Assembly: GCF_009834535.1 (NCBI RefSeq)
Contig: NC_045697.1
Location: 36,396,001 to 36,460,000 of the forward strand
DNA: 64,000 nucleotides
Origin: Camelus ferus
Lineage: Eukaryota
Direction of reading: 5' to 3'
A model generated the notes under the pieces. It saw only the letters and a program-made list of their open reading frames with translations, did not search any database and was not told where the DNA came from. Of this stretch, positions 24,751 to 39,374 are shown piece after piece; the stretch's first letter is position 1; each line of letters starts with the position of its first letter. A program made the translations under genes and the position numbers.

Positions 24751-26444
24751 TGAATGGAGGGAAGAAGTGAGAAGTGAAGTAGAAATAGTTTAGGGGTTGT
24801 TGAAATTAGAGTTTTCTTCCTCACTTAAAAATATCCCCTATGTTGGAAGGTTTTTTTTTTTTTTTTTTTTTTTTAGCATTGCTGTATCATCTGAAATCTT
24901 GTCATTTAGTTTTGAAATGTATATATCCAACCCCGTTCCTAATCCTTATCTCAGTTAACCATAGAGTTGGGATTTGTATAGTTTATAGTTACGAAAGTAG
25001 TTAAATATTTCTTCATATCCTGTTTAAGCCCAAGAAATTATAATAATAATACCCACATTTTTGTGAACTAACTTTTTTTCTATTTTGTTAATATTAGTTC
25101 TTGGCTATGGTTCTGAAAGCTTATTTTCTGATTAAACATTCCTTAATTTTAATTCCTCAATATACAGCTTGATTAAATTGATTGGAGAGGAACCCTTCTA
25201 CTTTCCCCATCACTGACAAAATTCCTTTATTTCCTTTATATTCCTTATTAACACTTTATTTGGAAAGAAATTATTTCATCCAAAGGAAAAGGTGTACCCT
25301 TAAAATTTTATTTTTCTAGAAAAAGCCTATAATTTTGTGTTTCTAGCATTTTAATGGTAATACAGAATTAAAACTTTTAAAAGTCTATTAGGGGAGAGAG
25401 CTCTGCCAAACCTGTGTTCTAGTATCCAGTGTGGTACACACTGCATTGCCCTATTGAGCCAACTGCATACAATTAGAGTTTTCCCCAGCTTCTTTGTGAC
25501 TGGCCCATTATTAAAACTGTTCTTAACCATTGCATTGCAGTGTCTCTAATTGTCATGTTTTATTTATCCAACTTTTGGATGACATACTACTGTTTTGTGG
25601 CATAAAAAGCAACTCAGCTTGTTCCTGAGAAATGTACTGAAGAGTTAGAGTTGCATATAGGTTTCTTGGGTAAAGCAGTAGAACAATGAAAATTTAAGAG
25701 AAAAGTTAGAATATACTGTAGTACTGTAATACTAGAAGTTGAATTTCATGATTGATGGCCATATGCTTGCATCTCATGAGAATAAGAGTGATTATTGTTA
25801 TAAATTTTGCTGCAACAGGGTGTTTGCCTGTTAAGTATTAACTGGCCTTAAAAAAGTAATTATAGTTTTAATGCATAGAAATTAGGTCTAGAGCTCCTAA
25901 TATCATGTTGAGAGGCAGCCTTATATGAAGATAAACAACAAAGAATATGTAGTCAGTAAGATTGATGAAATAGAAAACCAGGAAGAAGCATGTGTGTTAA
26001 CTGAATACTGAAAGAGTTAATCTGGTAATACCACAAATCTGAGTTCCTTGAGCACCACTGAAAACGGGCAACTGTGTGTTACATAGCCTTTATCAGTTCC
26101 CAGAGTACCTGGATGTTCAGCAGTTTTAGGATAAGTAAAATTGATTAAGTGTGATGCATATTTTGAAAATGTAAAAAACCCAACACCCCACCATCAGATT
26201 GCACATTTGACATCATTAAATTGCGGAGGCAATTCCATTTTTCTTCGAGTGTTGAATATTCATGTTTTACATAAGGCGTTAAGAATAGCGGAGTAAGACA
26301 AGCAGTTTCTACTGTCTTTTTTCTTATCGTCCATTGGAGATGGTAATTTCGGGAAACTGTATCAGACATAGCTTAAAAATGCTAGTGTGCTATGTCTGTA
26401 CTTCAGAAAAGTAATAGACGTGTACTTGTTTTTGTTGTTTCTAG

Positions 26445-26502
26445 TGCTAATCCTCCATCTGGAGTTGAAGATGAAACTGCTGAAAACGGCGTACCTAAAC
26501 CG
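26445..26502 (+). CDS. FIP1L1: FIP1L1 exon 4 (58 nt) [19 protein letters not shown]
   Basis: TTTCTAG|TGCT...CCG|GTAACA; in frame. Confidence 0.95.
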
Positions 26503-27629
26503 GTAACATAAGGCTTTGAGATCTGGTTACTTCTCTATTTAAAATCCTTATCTATAGTTTCCCATTCGCTTAGAAAGAATACCAAAATTTAACATGACTT
26601 TCAATATTTTGCATGATCTGCCCCCTCCCCCTTTATACTTCCTGTGTCATCTGGTGCCATCAAAAAAGCATAACCATGAGAAGAATAGTGGGAGGAGACT
26701 TCAGATGAAGTAGAGTATGTGCAAAGGCTTGATATTTATTACTTTAACTTTCAAGGAACCAAGTGGTTGTAGATCAACTAGATAGATCACAGTGAACCTG
26801 GTTTTCAAAGCAAACACCGAATCTTGCAACTTAAGTTTGATTGTCACGTTTTTTAGCATTTTTTTTTTTATATATATAAGTGACGTCTGACCTCATACTG
26901 TTAAAAGTGATGTTTGGGTGTGAACAAATCATTGGTCCCCATGAGTATTTTAACAGTTTAGTCTTGTGAAAAGGAGGAAATTGTTACTCTGCAAACTTGA
27001 ACTTGCATACAAAAAATTGTTTAGCCTAGGTGATCTACTTTTTAAATTTACGATTATGTGACTAAGCATAGAACAGCCTTTTAGAGCCAAAAGAAAATCT
27101 TCATAAATGGCCCTGCTTTTACTCAGAATCAAAGTATTCCCTCAGTCATTTGCATGCAGGACTTCTTTTACATGTAAATGAATGCCAGGAATAAGTAAGC
27201 TGCTTCTTAACTATTTGGTACTTTTAGCCATGACACTGTGACTCTTTAAGTTAATTGTTTTCCTCTTACCTTCATGTTCTTTTTGCTAAGAATGCCTCAA
27301 ATACTTTTTAAAAAATAATTTATCTTCTAGATATTTTAGTACATTGCTTTAGATCTTTTTTTGCAAGAGAGAGTTATAAATAGCAGGGGGAAAAATGAGG
27401 TGTTATTTACAAAAAGATGTTGACTGAGAGAAGGTTTTACTTTACATTCCTATCCCTTTTTATCATGTAAAACGTCAAAATTGTAAATGAGTTGAAATAG
27501 CTAGCAGCACTATAACTTTTTCCTATAAAACTAGCTCAAAAAATGCAAACTGATTACCTTTTCAGTTATTCATATTAGATATTGAAATGGATTATTGAGT
27601 GTATTTTATGATTGTTTATATTGGTATAG

Positions 27630-27733
27630 AAAGTGACTGAGACTGAAGATGATAGTGATAGTGACAGTGATGATGATGAGGATGACGTTCATGTCACTAT
27701 AGGAGACATTAAAACGGGAGCACCACAGTATGG
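27630..27733 (+). CDS. FIP1L1: FIP1L1 exon 5 (104 nt), acidic [35 protein letters not shown]
   Basis: TATAG|AAAG...TGG|GTAAGT; in frame. Confidence 0.96.
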
Positions 27734-30700
27734 GTAAGTTGTTTTTAAGTAACAATTGCGTGCTTAAATCAAAGGCAGTATGCCTCTGTCAGACAATTAG
27801 TGGTTGATTCCATTGTTTTTACATTCTTCCATCTTACCATGTTATGAAAGGACTTGTTAAAATTTCACCTAATGAGTTGCTAAGAGAGTAAGTAAAACTT
27901 CTCATCACAAGTGAAAAACATTTGTAACTGTGTGGTAATGGATGCTAACTAAACTTACGATAATCATTTTGCAATTTTTATATATATATATCAAATTGTT
28001 ACACACCTAAAATTAGTACAGTGTTATATATATATTAGTTACATCTCATGAAAATATTTTTTCCTAAAGATAAATTAAGTGAAGTTACATGAAAGCAGCA
28101 GTTTTTTGATTCTTGAAATTGAAGTGTTTTTATAAGTGCATTGAGTACTCCAGATTCTTTGATTAAAATTAGAAGACCTTAAGTTGCTGTTTGCATGTAT
28201 ATTGTTTTTACAGTTTATTACTTACCCAAATCTGAGTTTAGGTTTTAAATTTTCTGTCCAATAAAAACAATAGTGAAAGTATTTCTTTTTGCTTTTCATG
28301 GTGTATTTTTCAGGTTGCTAATTATTCTGCAGGCTATTTAGGCCAATATGTTGTCTCAAGGTTTACAGTCAGTAAAGCTGGATCTAGTAAATGGACTGTC
28401 ATTGACTCATTGAGCACATAAGAATTTTACAGAAAGATTGGAAGGGCATAAAGTACAGATTGTGACTTTTTTTTTTTATGGTGGTAGAATAAGAGTTGAC
28501 ACTATGTTTTTCAGATTGGATGTGTAATGTGGTACTTGTGCATTGGGCACATAAAATAAACCCTTCTTTAATTGCACTGTGGTTCATTAAACAGTCTTAT
28601 CTGGAATGAATATATACATAAATATTTTTGAATATCTTATTTCTTCAGTAGATCCATTTTTTTCAAAAGTTATTTCAGGAAGCTTAAAAGTAATTCAGTT
28701 GTCATCATCAGTTTTGCATTATAATAATGACTGCTTATGTAATTTTAAGACTAGCAGCATTTTAGGGAGCAGGATTGAAAAGACTAAATTATTCGTGTTA
28801 GGATAACTCTTGATGTTCTCCTCATCCCCACTTAAAGTAAATAATTAGTGTTGACCTTATGACACTAGTAAACCTTTACGCTAATAGGCCTTTACCATCT
28901 GCATTATGCAGAAGGAATATTTTAACGTAATACTATAATAATCATTGCATATTTAGTAAATATTCTGTAAAATTATTTGTATTTGCAAGTATAGAACAAT
29001 TAAAGCAAATGGTGATTTTTTTTTTTATTAATGAGACCAAATTTTGATTAGACTTGAATGCAAATATTAAATACACATGGACTCCTGTAGTACTTTATCT
29101 GAACTTTATTTCTTATAGCAGTTTCCAGTTTCATGATTTGAGGCTATGTTTGCGCATGTTTATCACCTTTAGACTCTAAATTCTTTGTGTAGAAACCATG
29201 GTTTATGAATTTTTCTATTCCTTACATTACGTATAGTATTTAGTAAATATTTACTATATAGACTGCATGTTAAAAACACAGTTGTCTTTGAACATTTTTT
29301 CCTCAACATTTGATTATGAAAATTTTCAGACATTAAAAAAGTTGAAAGATGTGATGTAAACATCCTTTTACTCATGACTTATCTTATATAATTTACATCT
29401 TGCTGTGTTTGCTTTATCATATATATGTCTCTGCCCACTTATTATAACTTTTTTGTGTGTGTTTGTTTCTGTATACATTCAGAGTAAGTTAAAGATCTTT
29501 CTGAGGAGTATAAAGCATATTTAACATTGATATCCATTGAAAACTAAAAGCCAGGGAAAAAACAAAGTTGATGAATTTTTTGTGTGTGTGTATGCACAGC
29601 ATTTTCAGAAACAAATTTAAAGAACAAATTATTTTTAAGTAGCAATACTAAAGTGGTTTACTGTTGGCTGTTGGAAAGTAAAAATTAGCATTTTTTTAGA
29701 TAATATACAGAGTTTTGTTACAGAGTTTATTTTATCTATAAGTAAGGTGTGAAGAAAAGGAAATCTTAGGATAGGAGTAATTTACCTTGTATAATGGAGT
29801 GGTTTCTCAGCTATATCTTTGAAATTCATCCACTAATCTCTACACACAGTTAATATGAGGGCTTGGTGACTTTGAAAAAGAAAGATAATGTTTTAAAAAG
29901 GCAGAACGGGGAAGGGAAAGTAGCTGGTTGGGAAGCAAAGAAGTTCACTTAATGAACTGTAGTAAGTCTTTTATAAATACTGTTTTGATTTATTCTCTAA
30001 CAGTGCCATAGAGGATCATTTAGAAACAGATCTTGGCTTCAGTACTTTGACTCTCAAACAGCTAGGACTTTTGTACATTATGTGTAGATATGTCAAAGTG
30101 CTTTTGCTGTGCTGAATTTAGGTTGTTGAAATGTAAATATCATGGGGCAGGAACCATATTTGTCCAGCGCCTCATTCTCCTTAGCTTAGAACTGTATGTG
30201 ATGTGTTGTTGGTGCTCAAGCATTTATTATAGTCAATGAGATGATTAAACATTTCAAGTTGGTGATGGTAGTAATACTTGACAGTAAGAGTTTATTTATG
30301 GGCTACTTCATACTTTCTGCATGTATAGTAGTGGAGCTTTCTTTATACAATTATTGGAATATTTTATTGAATTTATCTTTTTTTTTTTAAGCAGAATAAC
30401 CTAGGTCTCATAAGTTTAGTACATTGGAGACAAAGGATGGAAATTATTAGGTAGATCAAAGCAGTGAGTTTTCACAAGTCCAGTTGAGTGACTGGGAGGT
30501 GAGGAAATGAAAATAAGGCCTATAAGCTATTTTACCCTTCCCAGTCAAATTTCTGGGAAGTTTGTTACAGTGGGATATTGAGTTACTAGTGGGTAGGTTT
30601 ATCAGACTTTTAAAAAATATTTGTTTTTATCTTTTATTTAGCAAGTGACAGACTTTTTAAATTAGTTTAAAAGATTTTCTAAAATATTTGTGTGTTAGTC

Positions 30701-30799
30701 TAGTCCAGTTAATATGTGAATGTATAATTTATTTGTACATATTGACTGTTTTTGTTTACTTTAAATGTCTCAGGATAATTTTTATTATTTTGGTTTTAG

Positions 30800-30864
30800 G
30801 AGTTATGGTACAGCACCTGTAAATCTTAACATCAAAACAGGAGGAAGAGTTTATGGAACCACAG
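30800..30864 (+). CDS. FIP1L1: FIP1L1 exon 6 (65 nt) [21 protein letters not shown]
   Basis: TTTTAG|GAGT...CAG|GTAAAA; in frame. Confidence 0.95.
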
Positions 30865-30984
30865 GTAAAATTTATATTGTTGCATCAGTAGGAAGTAAGG
30901 CATATATCTGAATAGGTCATGTGTGGATTGTAATAGATAGCTATGACAGCTTAATTAAAAAGAGCAGTTTTTGACCATATGTCA

Positions 30985-31150
30985 TAGAGTGGGCATACTT
31001 TTCTGTTAGGCTAGATAATAAATATTTTAGACTGTGTGGGCCACATTGGGTTCCTGTCATGTGTGTGTGTGTGTTTTTGTTTTGTTTGTTTGTTCTACAA
31101 CCCTTTAAAAAGGTAAAAATCTTTCTTAGCTTATAGGCTTTACAAAAACA
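30985..31150. mobile_element. MER58-like hAT-Charlie fragment
   Basis: TTTTCTGTTAGGCTAGATAATAAATATTTTAGACTGTGTGGGCCAC. Confidence 0.55.
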
Positions 31151-31413
31151 ATGATTTAAAACATGGAAGATAACAACTTCTTGTTGGTATAGAAACTCAC
31201 TATTATAAGTCAACAAGTCCCTAATCTCTCTATTCATTTTATCTTATAGCTACTCCATAAACTTTGACCTCACTTTTTATTTATGCTTTGTTTGAAATCT
31301 TTGCCATATTTAGTGTTAGCAAGAGTAAAAAGATGTCAATGATTTCTGTTTGTGATGTCTCTCAGCTTCTTACTATGTAGGTTCCTTCACCATTCTGTAA
31401 TTTTCTAAAGTAG

Positions 31414-31521
31414 GAACGAAAGTCAAAGGGGTAGATCTTGATGCACCTGGAAGCATTAATGGAGTTCCCCTTTTGGAGGTAGATTTGGATTCTTTTGAAG
31501 ATAAACCATGGCGTAAACCTG
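31414..31521 (+). CDS. FIP1L1: FIP1L1 exon 7 (108 nt) [36 protein letters not shown], start of Fip1 domain
   Basis: AAGTAG|GAAC...CTG|GTAAGA; conserved Fip1 motif DKPWRKPG. Confidence 0.97.
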
Positions 31522-31940
31522 GTAAGATTATTGTGGATCATGTCAGTTTCAAAAGACTTGTAATATATAAACAGTCATTAGAAAAGCTTTTTTCTAGCAT
31601 CAGTTTAGCATATTATTTTTTAAATGTAATTCCCATTGCTTTAAGCACTTGATGAGTAATAATGACCTGTATTATTAAAGCTTATGGGTGGTCTAGCATT
31701 ATATAAAAGTAGACTTTGCATATTGTTTTATTATGGTGCCATTTCTAAAGGAAATAATTTTGATCGAAAACTTTTATAGTCCTGTTGCTTTATGGTGGTA
31801 ATTGGGAGAAATGGTAAAGTTAGAAGGGGTGATTAGACTGATAGAACTGTAAATTTATATTTCATAGTTTATTATATTTTATATGCTGCATGAAAATAGA
31901 ATTGAAATCTTTATACACTGAAAGTGTGTTTTAATTTTAG

Positions 31941-32071
31941 GTGCTGATCTTTCTGATTATTTTAATTATGGGTTTAATGAAGATACCTGGAAAGCGTACT
32001 GTGAAAAGCAAAAGAGGATACGAATGGGACTTGAAGTTATACCAGTTACCTCTACTACAAATAAAATTACG
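31941..32071 (+). CDS. FIP1L1: FIP1L1 exon 8 (131 nt) [44 protein letters not shown], Fip1 domain core
   Basis: TTTTAG|GTGC...ACG|GTAATT; hallmark [12 protein letters not shown] motif. Confidence 0.98.
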
Positions 32072-32362
32072 GTAATTAGTAAATATTCCAAAAAAATCCC
32101 AGCCTTTTCTACTGTCCCAATTTTACTCCCTAAATAAATCAGTTTTTCCCTATAAAGGTGGTTAAATGCTATATGATAGTTTAAAAATTTCATTTTACCA
32201 TGTTTGTTTTTTTCCCTTCCTTCCCTTTCAGAGTTTCATATTAATGATTATCTGATGTTTTTAGTTTCAAGTTGCAGACTAGCCACAGCTAGTTTGTCTT
32301 TATGTGGCCTGTCAATTAAACGTTATGTGGTATCTTAATGGGGAATATGTTATTTAACTTAG

Positions 32363-32431
32363 GCCGAAGACTGTACTATGGAAGTTACACCAGGTGCAGA
32401 GATCCAAGATGGCAGATTCAATCTTTTTAAG
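32363..32431 (+). CDS. FIP1L1: FIP1L1 exon 9 (69 nt, frame-preserving) [23 protein letters not shown]
   Basis: CTTAG|GCCG...AAG|GTGAAT; phase 0-0. Confidence 0.92.
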
Positions 32432-35400
32432 GTGAATTTTAGTAAATTATCCTTGGTTGCTCTCATTTTTTGTTCTTGAGTCTGCTCCCATACCACTACT
32501 CAAGGGACAAGATTAAAGTGGAAATAGCTACCTTTTTTCCAAACCTTCAGCTTTCTGGTGACTTACAAATTTGCTGATTGTTGTTTTATCTCCACTTTTG
32601 CAAGCATGTGAATTATAGTATATTATACTAACAAATGCCAAGTAAAGCTATTCTTGCTATATGTTGTGATTTTATTTTGAGTCACAGTGTATGTTTGTTT
32701 GTAGGATATAAAAGTTGATGCCAACAGGCTAAGCATTCATTGTAGACCCTGCTATAATCTTTACCAGAACTGGAGAGTTGTTTTTCCTAATTTTCTGTTT
32801 AAAATTGGTAAGGTAGATGGTGTACTGCTTATTATCTGTATGACACTAAAATCATTGGTGTAATGTCTCTTGTAGTTGAAGGTATCTCAAGAATTGTAGG
32901 CATTCTTTGAGAGTTGCCAAGAAAGCCTCAACAGATTTGGATAAAGCTATTGATTTTTTAAATTAATGTTTAAAAGGAGTAGATTTCATGAGGGCCTTGC
33001 AGGTTGGTTCTACTGCTTGGGTATCGAGTCTGACTTCTGATTTCTCCATTCCATATGATCAGTTCAAAGAATAATAGTATATTTTCATACTTGCTTAGTA
33101 CATGGCAACCTACAAACTTTTCTTAAATCCTGATTGTATGCTCTTCTTCCTTTACCTTAATTCTTAATTCTTGTATTGAACGACAATGGGATAAAGACTG
33201 GGAGTGACTTTTAGATTGGGTTATATACTCAGGGAACTTTTATGGGCAGGAACTTTTCTGTGTCCCTTTGGGGCTACAGCCCTGTCCACCAAAATACTGC
33301 CTTATGCAATGCATGTGCTATATCCGCAGATGTAACTGCTCTGCTGGACACAGTTCTGTATAGAGAACTTAATTTTAATTTACATCCTACTTGGGTAAGT
33401 ATTTGGTTCTTGTTCTGCTATAAATATTTTGAAAATATGTGATGATGTCTATCTTATTTTAAATAGTCATTAGGTTCTTTTTGGTGATAAGTACTTACTT
33501 GGGCATTCAATATATTGTTTTCACTACTGAAGTGAGTAGATAGAAAAGTTATCTTGATGTTGAAATTGTTTGCAGTGGTGCTTTTTATTTTCTTCTAACA
33601 AAAATGAGAACTGCCTTTTTAAACTACCAGTTTCTCTACACTTTGTCTTTTTGAAGTAAACTTCTAAAACTAAAAAATAAAAAGATACTTCTATGGTCTG
33701 GTCTTTTGTTAAAGGTAGTCATTGTGAATGAGGTTTTCATATACATACAGTCTGTAGAAAAATTATTTTGAAGTTTCTTTTGGTTATGTGAGAGGTCTTT
33801 GTTCCATGCTGATTCATTTGCTTCTGAATGAATAAGGACTTGAATTTGATGGGTGTAGTCTCATGGTTTTTTTTTGTTTTGTTTTGTTTTGTTTTGTCTT
33901 AATAATGTGCCTAGATATTACTCATCTGTTGGAAATACTGATTTGGGAATAGGGTGTGTATTTCAATAATGTGTATGGCTCACATTTTTTCTTTATGTAT
34001 ATTGTGGTCTGTAGGATATATTTTATTGATAGTACTCAAAATCTGCAACTAATGGTAAGGTGGGAGCTTGATTTACATTGAGTTTCAGAAATGTTTCTGT
34101 CACCTTAAATAAATTTAAGAATTATCCTTGTTCAGATTTCTGTGGGACGATTATTCTTTGAAAAAGTATTAGTTGTCCTTTACTATCCATTCTGTAACTA
34201 TGGCGAATACCAGAAAAATTATAAAAATGTAATTGGTATCCCAAATATGCAGTGGTAAATTTCTTAGGTATTAAGTGCCAAAATGTGTATTTTAGACAAA
34301 AATGCTATAGAAATTGGAGAAATGAGAGTTGATTACTGTGGGATTAGAAATTATATTGGTGCTGTGTATAGATTTTTTCTATTTTTTTTTTAAGTTTAAA
34401 GTGGGATACAATAGTAGGGAAGCATATGCTGTTTTAATCAGAACCTTGAGAGTGTGGAGAAGAGAGAAAAAAAAGTGGTACAGATTAAGGAAATGGCTTG
34501 GGCAGAGAAATTTGTTTTAATTGAGTAGAAGTAGATTAGAGGATTATTTAAGAAATCACCCTTACTGGATCAGAGAGTTCTTTTTGGAGAAAAATAGAAG
34601 ACATGGTTTTTTAGGGTATGGTTTAATATTAGAAAGCTTAGAAACCAGAATGATGAGTTGGCGGAATTAGTTGGATCACTGCCTGTTAGTGATCAGGAGA
34701 GTGACTTATAAGTAACACTGTTCTGGTAGCAGTGTATGGTTTGGTTGGATGAAGTCCAAGCTCTTGTCCTCTTATCCACCATTTGAACTGTAATTACTAG
34801 GATTGATGAGAAAGAGATAGAAGGGGGAAAAAGAAACTTGCCCAACTTTCTTGATGTATCTGAGCATCTTCAGTGTGCCCAGCACTGTGCTAGATGCTGT
34901 AGTAAAGCAGAGTCTTCTGTATTCAGGGAGCTCCTAATCTGAGTGATGTGTACATGTGAGCTAATAACCATAATGTATTGTGACAAGTGTTATATGGGTG
35001 TATTGACAAAATTCAGAGGGGAGAGTGGGTTATCCTACATTGCAGAGTCCAGAAGGGTTTGACCAGGACGTGATAAGTGAAATATGTATGAGTTTTCATT
35101 AGCAGGAAAGAGAAGTATAGAACATTGTAGGCAGAGAGAGCAATGCGAACAAGAACAGATAGCATGAAAGAAGAGTTGGGGTGGATGAGAAATGGAGGAG
35201 AAAAGCCTGGAAATGGTAGAAATGGGGCCATGGTGAGAAAGACCTTAATCTTAAACTAGCCTGCAGGCATGTAGGCAGTAGGCAATAGAAAGCCATTTGA
35301 AAGTTCTTGGTAGGAGAATAGCATGAGCAAATCCAGTTTTTAGAAAAAGAACTAGCACCAGGATAAACTATAGAATGTAAGGGGAAAACAGGGAATCAGA

Positions 35401-37669
35401 GACCAGATAGGGAGCTGCTGGAGTATTGTAGGTGTGGAATGAATAAGAACCCAGACTTATATTGGTGAATGGACAAAAGAACAGACTTAATAATTGTAAG
35501 TTATTTTCATATCTACTGTAAAGATATTTTTTCATCCTTAGTCAAGTGAGAGATAAGCTACCCATCAGCATCTTTAACTATTTTTACTTTTTAGTAAGTA
35601 CATTTTCAAACATACTAGCAAGTAGATAGAATAGTACAAATGAACCCCTATGTGTTTATTATAGTGCCTCAGTGATTTATCGACATTTTAACATGATTTG
35701 GGGTGAGGGCAAAAGAAGAGTGACTAGTGAGGATGGATGATGTGTATATAAGAAAAATTGACCACAACCTTCTCTTAAAATGTTATGTCTATGTGTGCAC
35801 ACAGGCATAGATGATTTTTTTCCTTTGGATGTATGAGCTTTGTCACCAGTGTTGTGAATTTCGTAAGCCTATGTCTTGATGTGTTATCATCTGTTGTAGC
35901 AAGCATTCATTTGTACCTTCTTAATCTAAAAGTACATAGCCTTCATTTTGGAGATAATTTCTCTATCACTTTTAAACTTTTTTCTCTGCTTTTTTCTGTC
36001 TTTTTGGACCTCTTATTCAAAAATTGGACCTCCTTCTCCTGGTCCTTTAATTTTCTTAGATATTCTCTCATCCTGTATCTCTTTGCTTTCCATTATCTGG
36101 GCTGCTTCTTCAGCATTATAATGCTTCTCTTCACTTTTTACCTGTAGCATCCTATTCTTATTTATGCATGCAATGATGCGATGTTATCTTCTCCCTCTTG
36201 TCTCTCAAAAGATCTTAATGGTAGGGTGTTTGTTTGTGTTAGGTTTTCTTTTTGTGCATTGTCTATTTTCTCCAAGTTGATTTTTTAAGTTTGTTATTTT
36301 TGGCTTCTGACTTTGACTGTTCTCAAATATTTGTTGATCCTTGGCCATTATTAACTCATGAGAGTATGGGCCACTGAAAAGATGGTTGGAAGCTCTGTGC
36401 TTGTGGGTAGAACTTGCTGATTGTAAGCTTTACTGTAGGGCAAAGCATTTTTCACAGTCCCTGATGTCATTATCTTTACATTGTTTTGCTTTTTGTTTCT
36501 TCCTTTTGTGATAATCTTGAGTTTTCAGAGAAGACAGTCTAGTATCCTGCCTAGAGGGCTTATATTTATATTGGCTGGCTGAAATGTTCTGGCAGCTAGT
36601 GTTGTCAATTCCTGAATCTTTGGAGATCTTGTGAAAATCAATACATCTTTGCTTTCTCATTTGTGACTTAGGTTTCAGATTCTTTTTGGCTAAGTCAGTT
36701 ACTGTTTTTTTTTTAATCTGCTTTTAAAGTTCTGTACTTTGTTGCTTTCCCAATCTTTTTGTCCTTGTAGATTGAAACAAAATTGTAATGAATGATTTAT
36801 GTGATATTCTGCTTTTACTTTTTTCATCTTAACATGTGGTAAATGTTCTCCTAGGTTACTAAAGTTTTTTGATAAGTAACACTTTATAAATAGTTCATAA
36901 TCCATTATTTGGGTGTTTCACAACAATTTCTTTTTAGATGTTTTGTAATGTTAAACTTTTGTAAATAATGCAATGAAGGGCAATTGAAAGGAAGTTTACA
37001 AAATAATTTAAATTTTGGCATAATTTGTGTAACTATTTAGTTTCTAAAGGTTACAAACTTCAGTTAATTTTTCTTTGGATATGTAAGCTCTGACATGAAT
37101 ATGCTATTATGTTCTGGTTAAACAGATTTTGAGTCTATAATGCTGAGTATAATATCAGAAGACAAACAAGGTGATAATAAAAATGCAAGTTGATTAGAAG
37201 GGTTGCTAAAATGGTGAAGATTTTCAGAAGTGTTTAATATAATAAGTATATTTTGAAGAAATTAATAAGAAAAGAAAATAAGTTAGAAACATAAGCCATT
37301 TTTACATGTTTAAAAATATACCATGTCTTCCTGATACCTTTTCTCACTTTTTCACCTATTGTAAATACTCTTTAATTTATGCTCTTTCCCTCACTTCTTA
37401 GTCCCTTCCATTTCTTTCCAACCTTTCTCCCTCCTTCGCAGTTTTTAATTGAGCATTGACTATGTCAGGAAATGTCTTAGGTTTGGATGGAGAGGGGAGG
37501 TAAGCATTAAAGACATAGACTCAGTGGTCTTAGAGTTTATATGACTTAATGTGAAAGTTAAGTAGTGATTAGATAATCATGCCAAAAATTGTATAGTTAT
37601 AAACTCCATGTCCTATGAAAGTCTTTAAAGAAGTGACATTTAAGCTGAGTCCCAAAGCCAGTCAAATAG

Positions 37670-38630
37670 CAGATCTATTCGAGCACTTATTGCATGCCAC
37701 ACAATGTTTTTAGTCACTTAGGATACAGGTTTGAACTGGATGCCGTCTGTGTCTTCAGAGATTCTGTGTTGTAGTAGCAGCACGCAGACAATAAACATTA
37801 AACAAATAACTTCAGATAGTGATTGATACTCGTGAGAAATTCTGTGAAGAAAATACAAAATGATAATATGATAGAGATTGGGAATGGCCACGTCAAGGAG
37901 ACATTTGCACAATACTTGAATGATTAGAAGGGGGAAGCCATGAGAGATCTTATAAAGCAGAGGGAACATCTAGTACAGAAGCCCTCATAAAGGAGAAACT
38001 TATGTATTAAAAAGAACAAGAAAAAAGGCCATTGTGACAAGGCATGTTCAAGATAAGTCAGGGAGGAATAGAGGAAAACAAAGTTGGGGAGGTAGGAAGG
38101 ACCCATGCCGTGTAAATCCTTTCAGGCTATGATAAGTTTAGGTTTTATTCTTTTGGAATATTGGAAATTCTGGAAAGCTATAGGAGAATTTTGAGCAGGG
38201 AGAGACATGAGTTGATTTACATTTTTAATAAAATTGTACACAGGATGGATTTTAGAGAGTTAAGATCAAAGCAGAGAAACAAGTCAATTTAGCAGAACAG
38301 CTGAGATACGGTGGTAGATTTGACCTGGGTTTTAGGAGTAGACATAATGATGAGTGATTGAATTTGGTATATATTGTCAAGGTGAAGTTGACATTGGATA
38401 TTCATATGTATTGGATAATTGCTAGGTATTTTTGTTTTTTTCTTGAGCAACTCCGTAGATGATGGTGCCGTTTACTTAACATGAGGAAGAATTTGGAGAG
38501 GATCAGATTGGGGAATAGTTGGGAAATCAGTAGCTTTGTTTTGGCTATGGTAAGTTTGAGATGCTTATTAGACATGTGAGAAGTTGAATATAAATTACTG
38601 GAGCTCAGGGGAACAGTTGAGACCTTAGTG
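37670..38630 (-). mobile_element. L2 fragment
   Basis: TATTCGAGCACTTATTGCATGCC...GATGGTGCCGTTTACT...GTTTGAGATGCTTATTAGACAT. Confidence 0.6.
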
Positions 38631-39374
38631 TCAACTCTTGAGTGTTCTTGACATCCCCAGGAAGAGCAGTGCATTTCTTCTTCTGTGTTCTAATAGCATC
38701 TTTTATCCCAGAGGTTTTTTTTTTTTCATAGTATTTATTGTATTGCTCTGGTGGTTTGTGTGTCTGTCACAGTCTGGGATTTTGTTGTATTTCTCTCTGT
38801 GGTCTCAGTTTCTGGTGCATAATAGATATTTAATAAATGTTTGATGAATAAATCATGTTTATTTTCCATTACCACTTTCTGTCAGTTTTACCTGTATGGA
38901 AGTGCAGGAGCAGATTATTAATATGCAAATCAATCTGAATAGAAAATGGTCAGAATAACTGAAATTGCCACTGGTCATTTTCTTAGATGAGGGTAGTGAA
39001 CATAGAAGGGGAAAATTCTTTAAGGCCTTTCTTAACTGTGAAACATGGAGTCTTAGCCAAGTACCTTGGACTTACTTAATGGTGATCTGAGAGAATTTAT
39101 GAAAATCCTTAAGAGTTGTAGTTTATTGGACTTTTAGGTGACATTAATGTAAAACTTTTTGCTTATTGGGAACATTTTGATCACATAATCCATCTTTGGT
39201 GCCTTTCACCTAGTGCTATTCTAAAATAGGTTTAATTTTATTATATACTCAGCAACGAAACATTCTTCATATTTCATTTCAAATCAGATGTTACAAATTT
39301 ATTTTAACATCTTTATTGTATTTATGTTTGAGTGTTCTATTAAATTAAACAAGCTAATAACACTTTTTTTTAAG

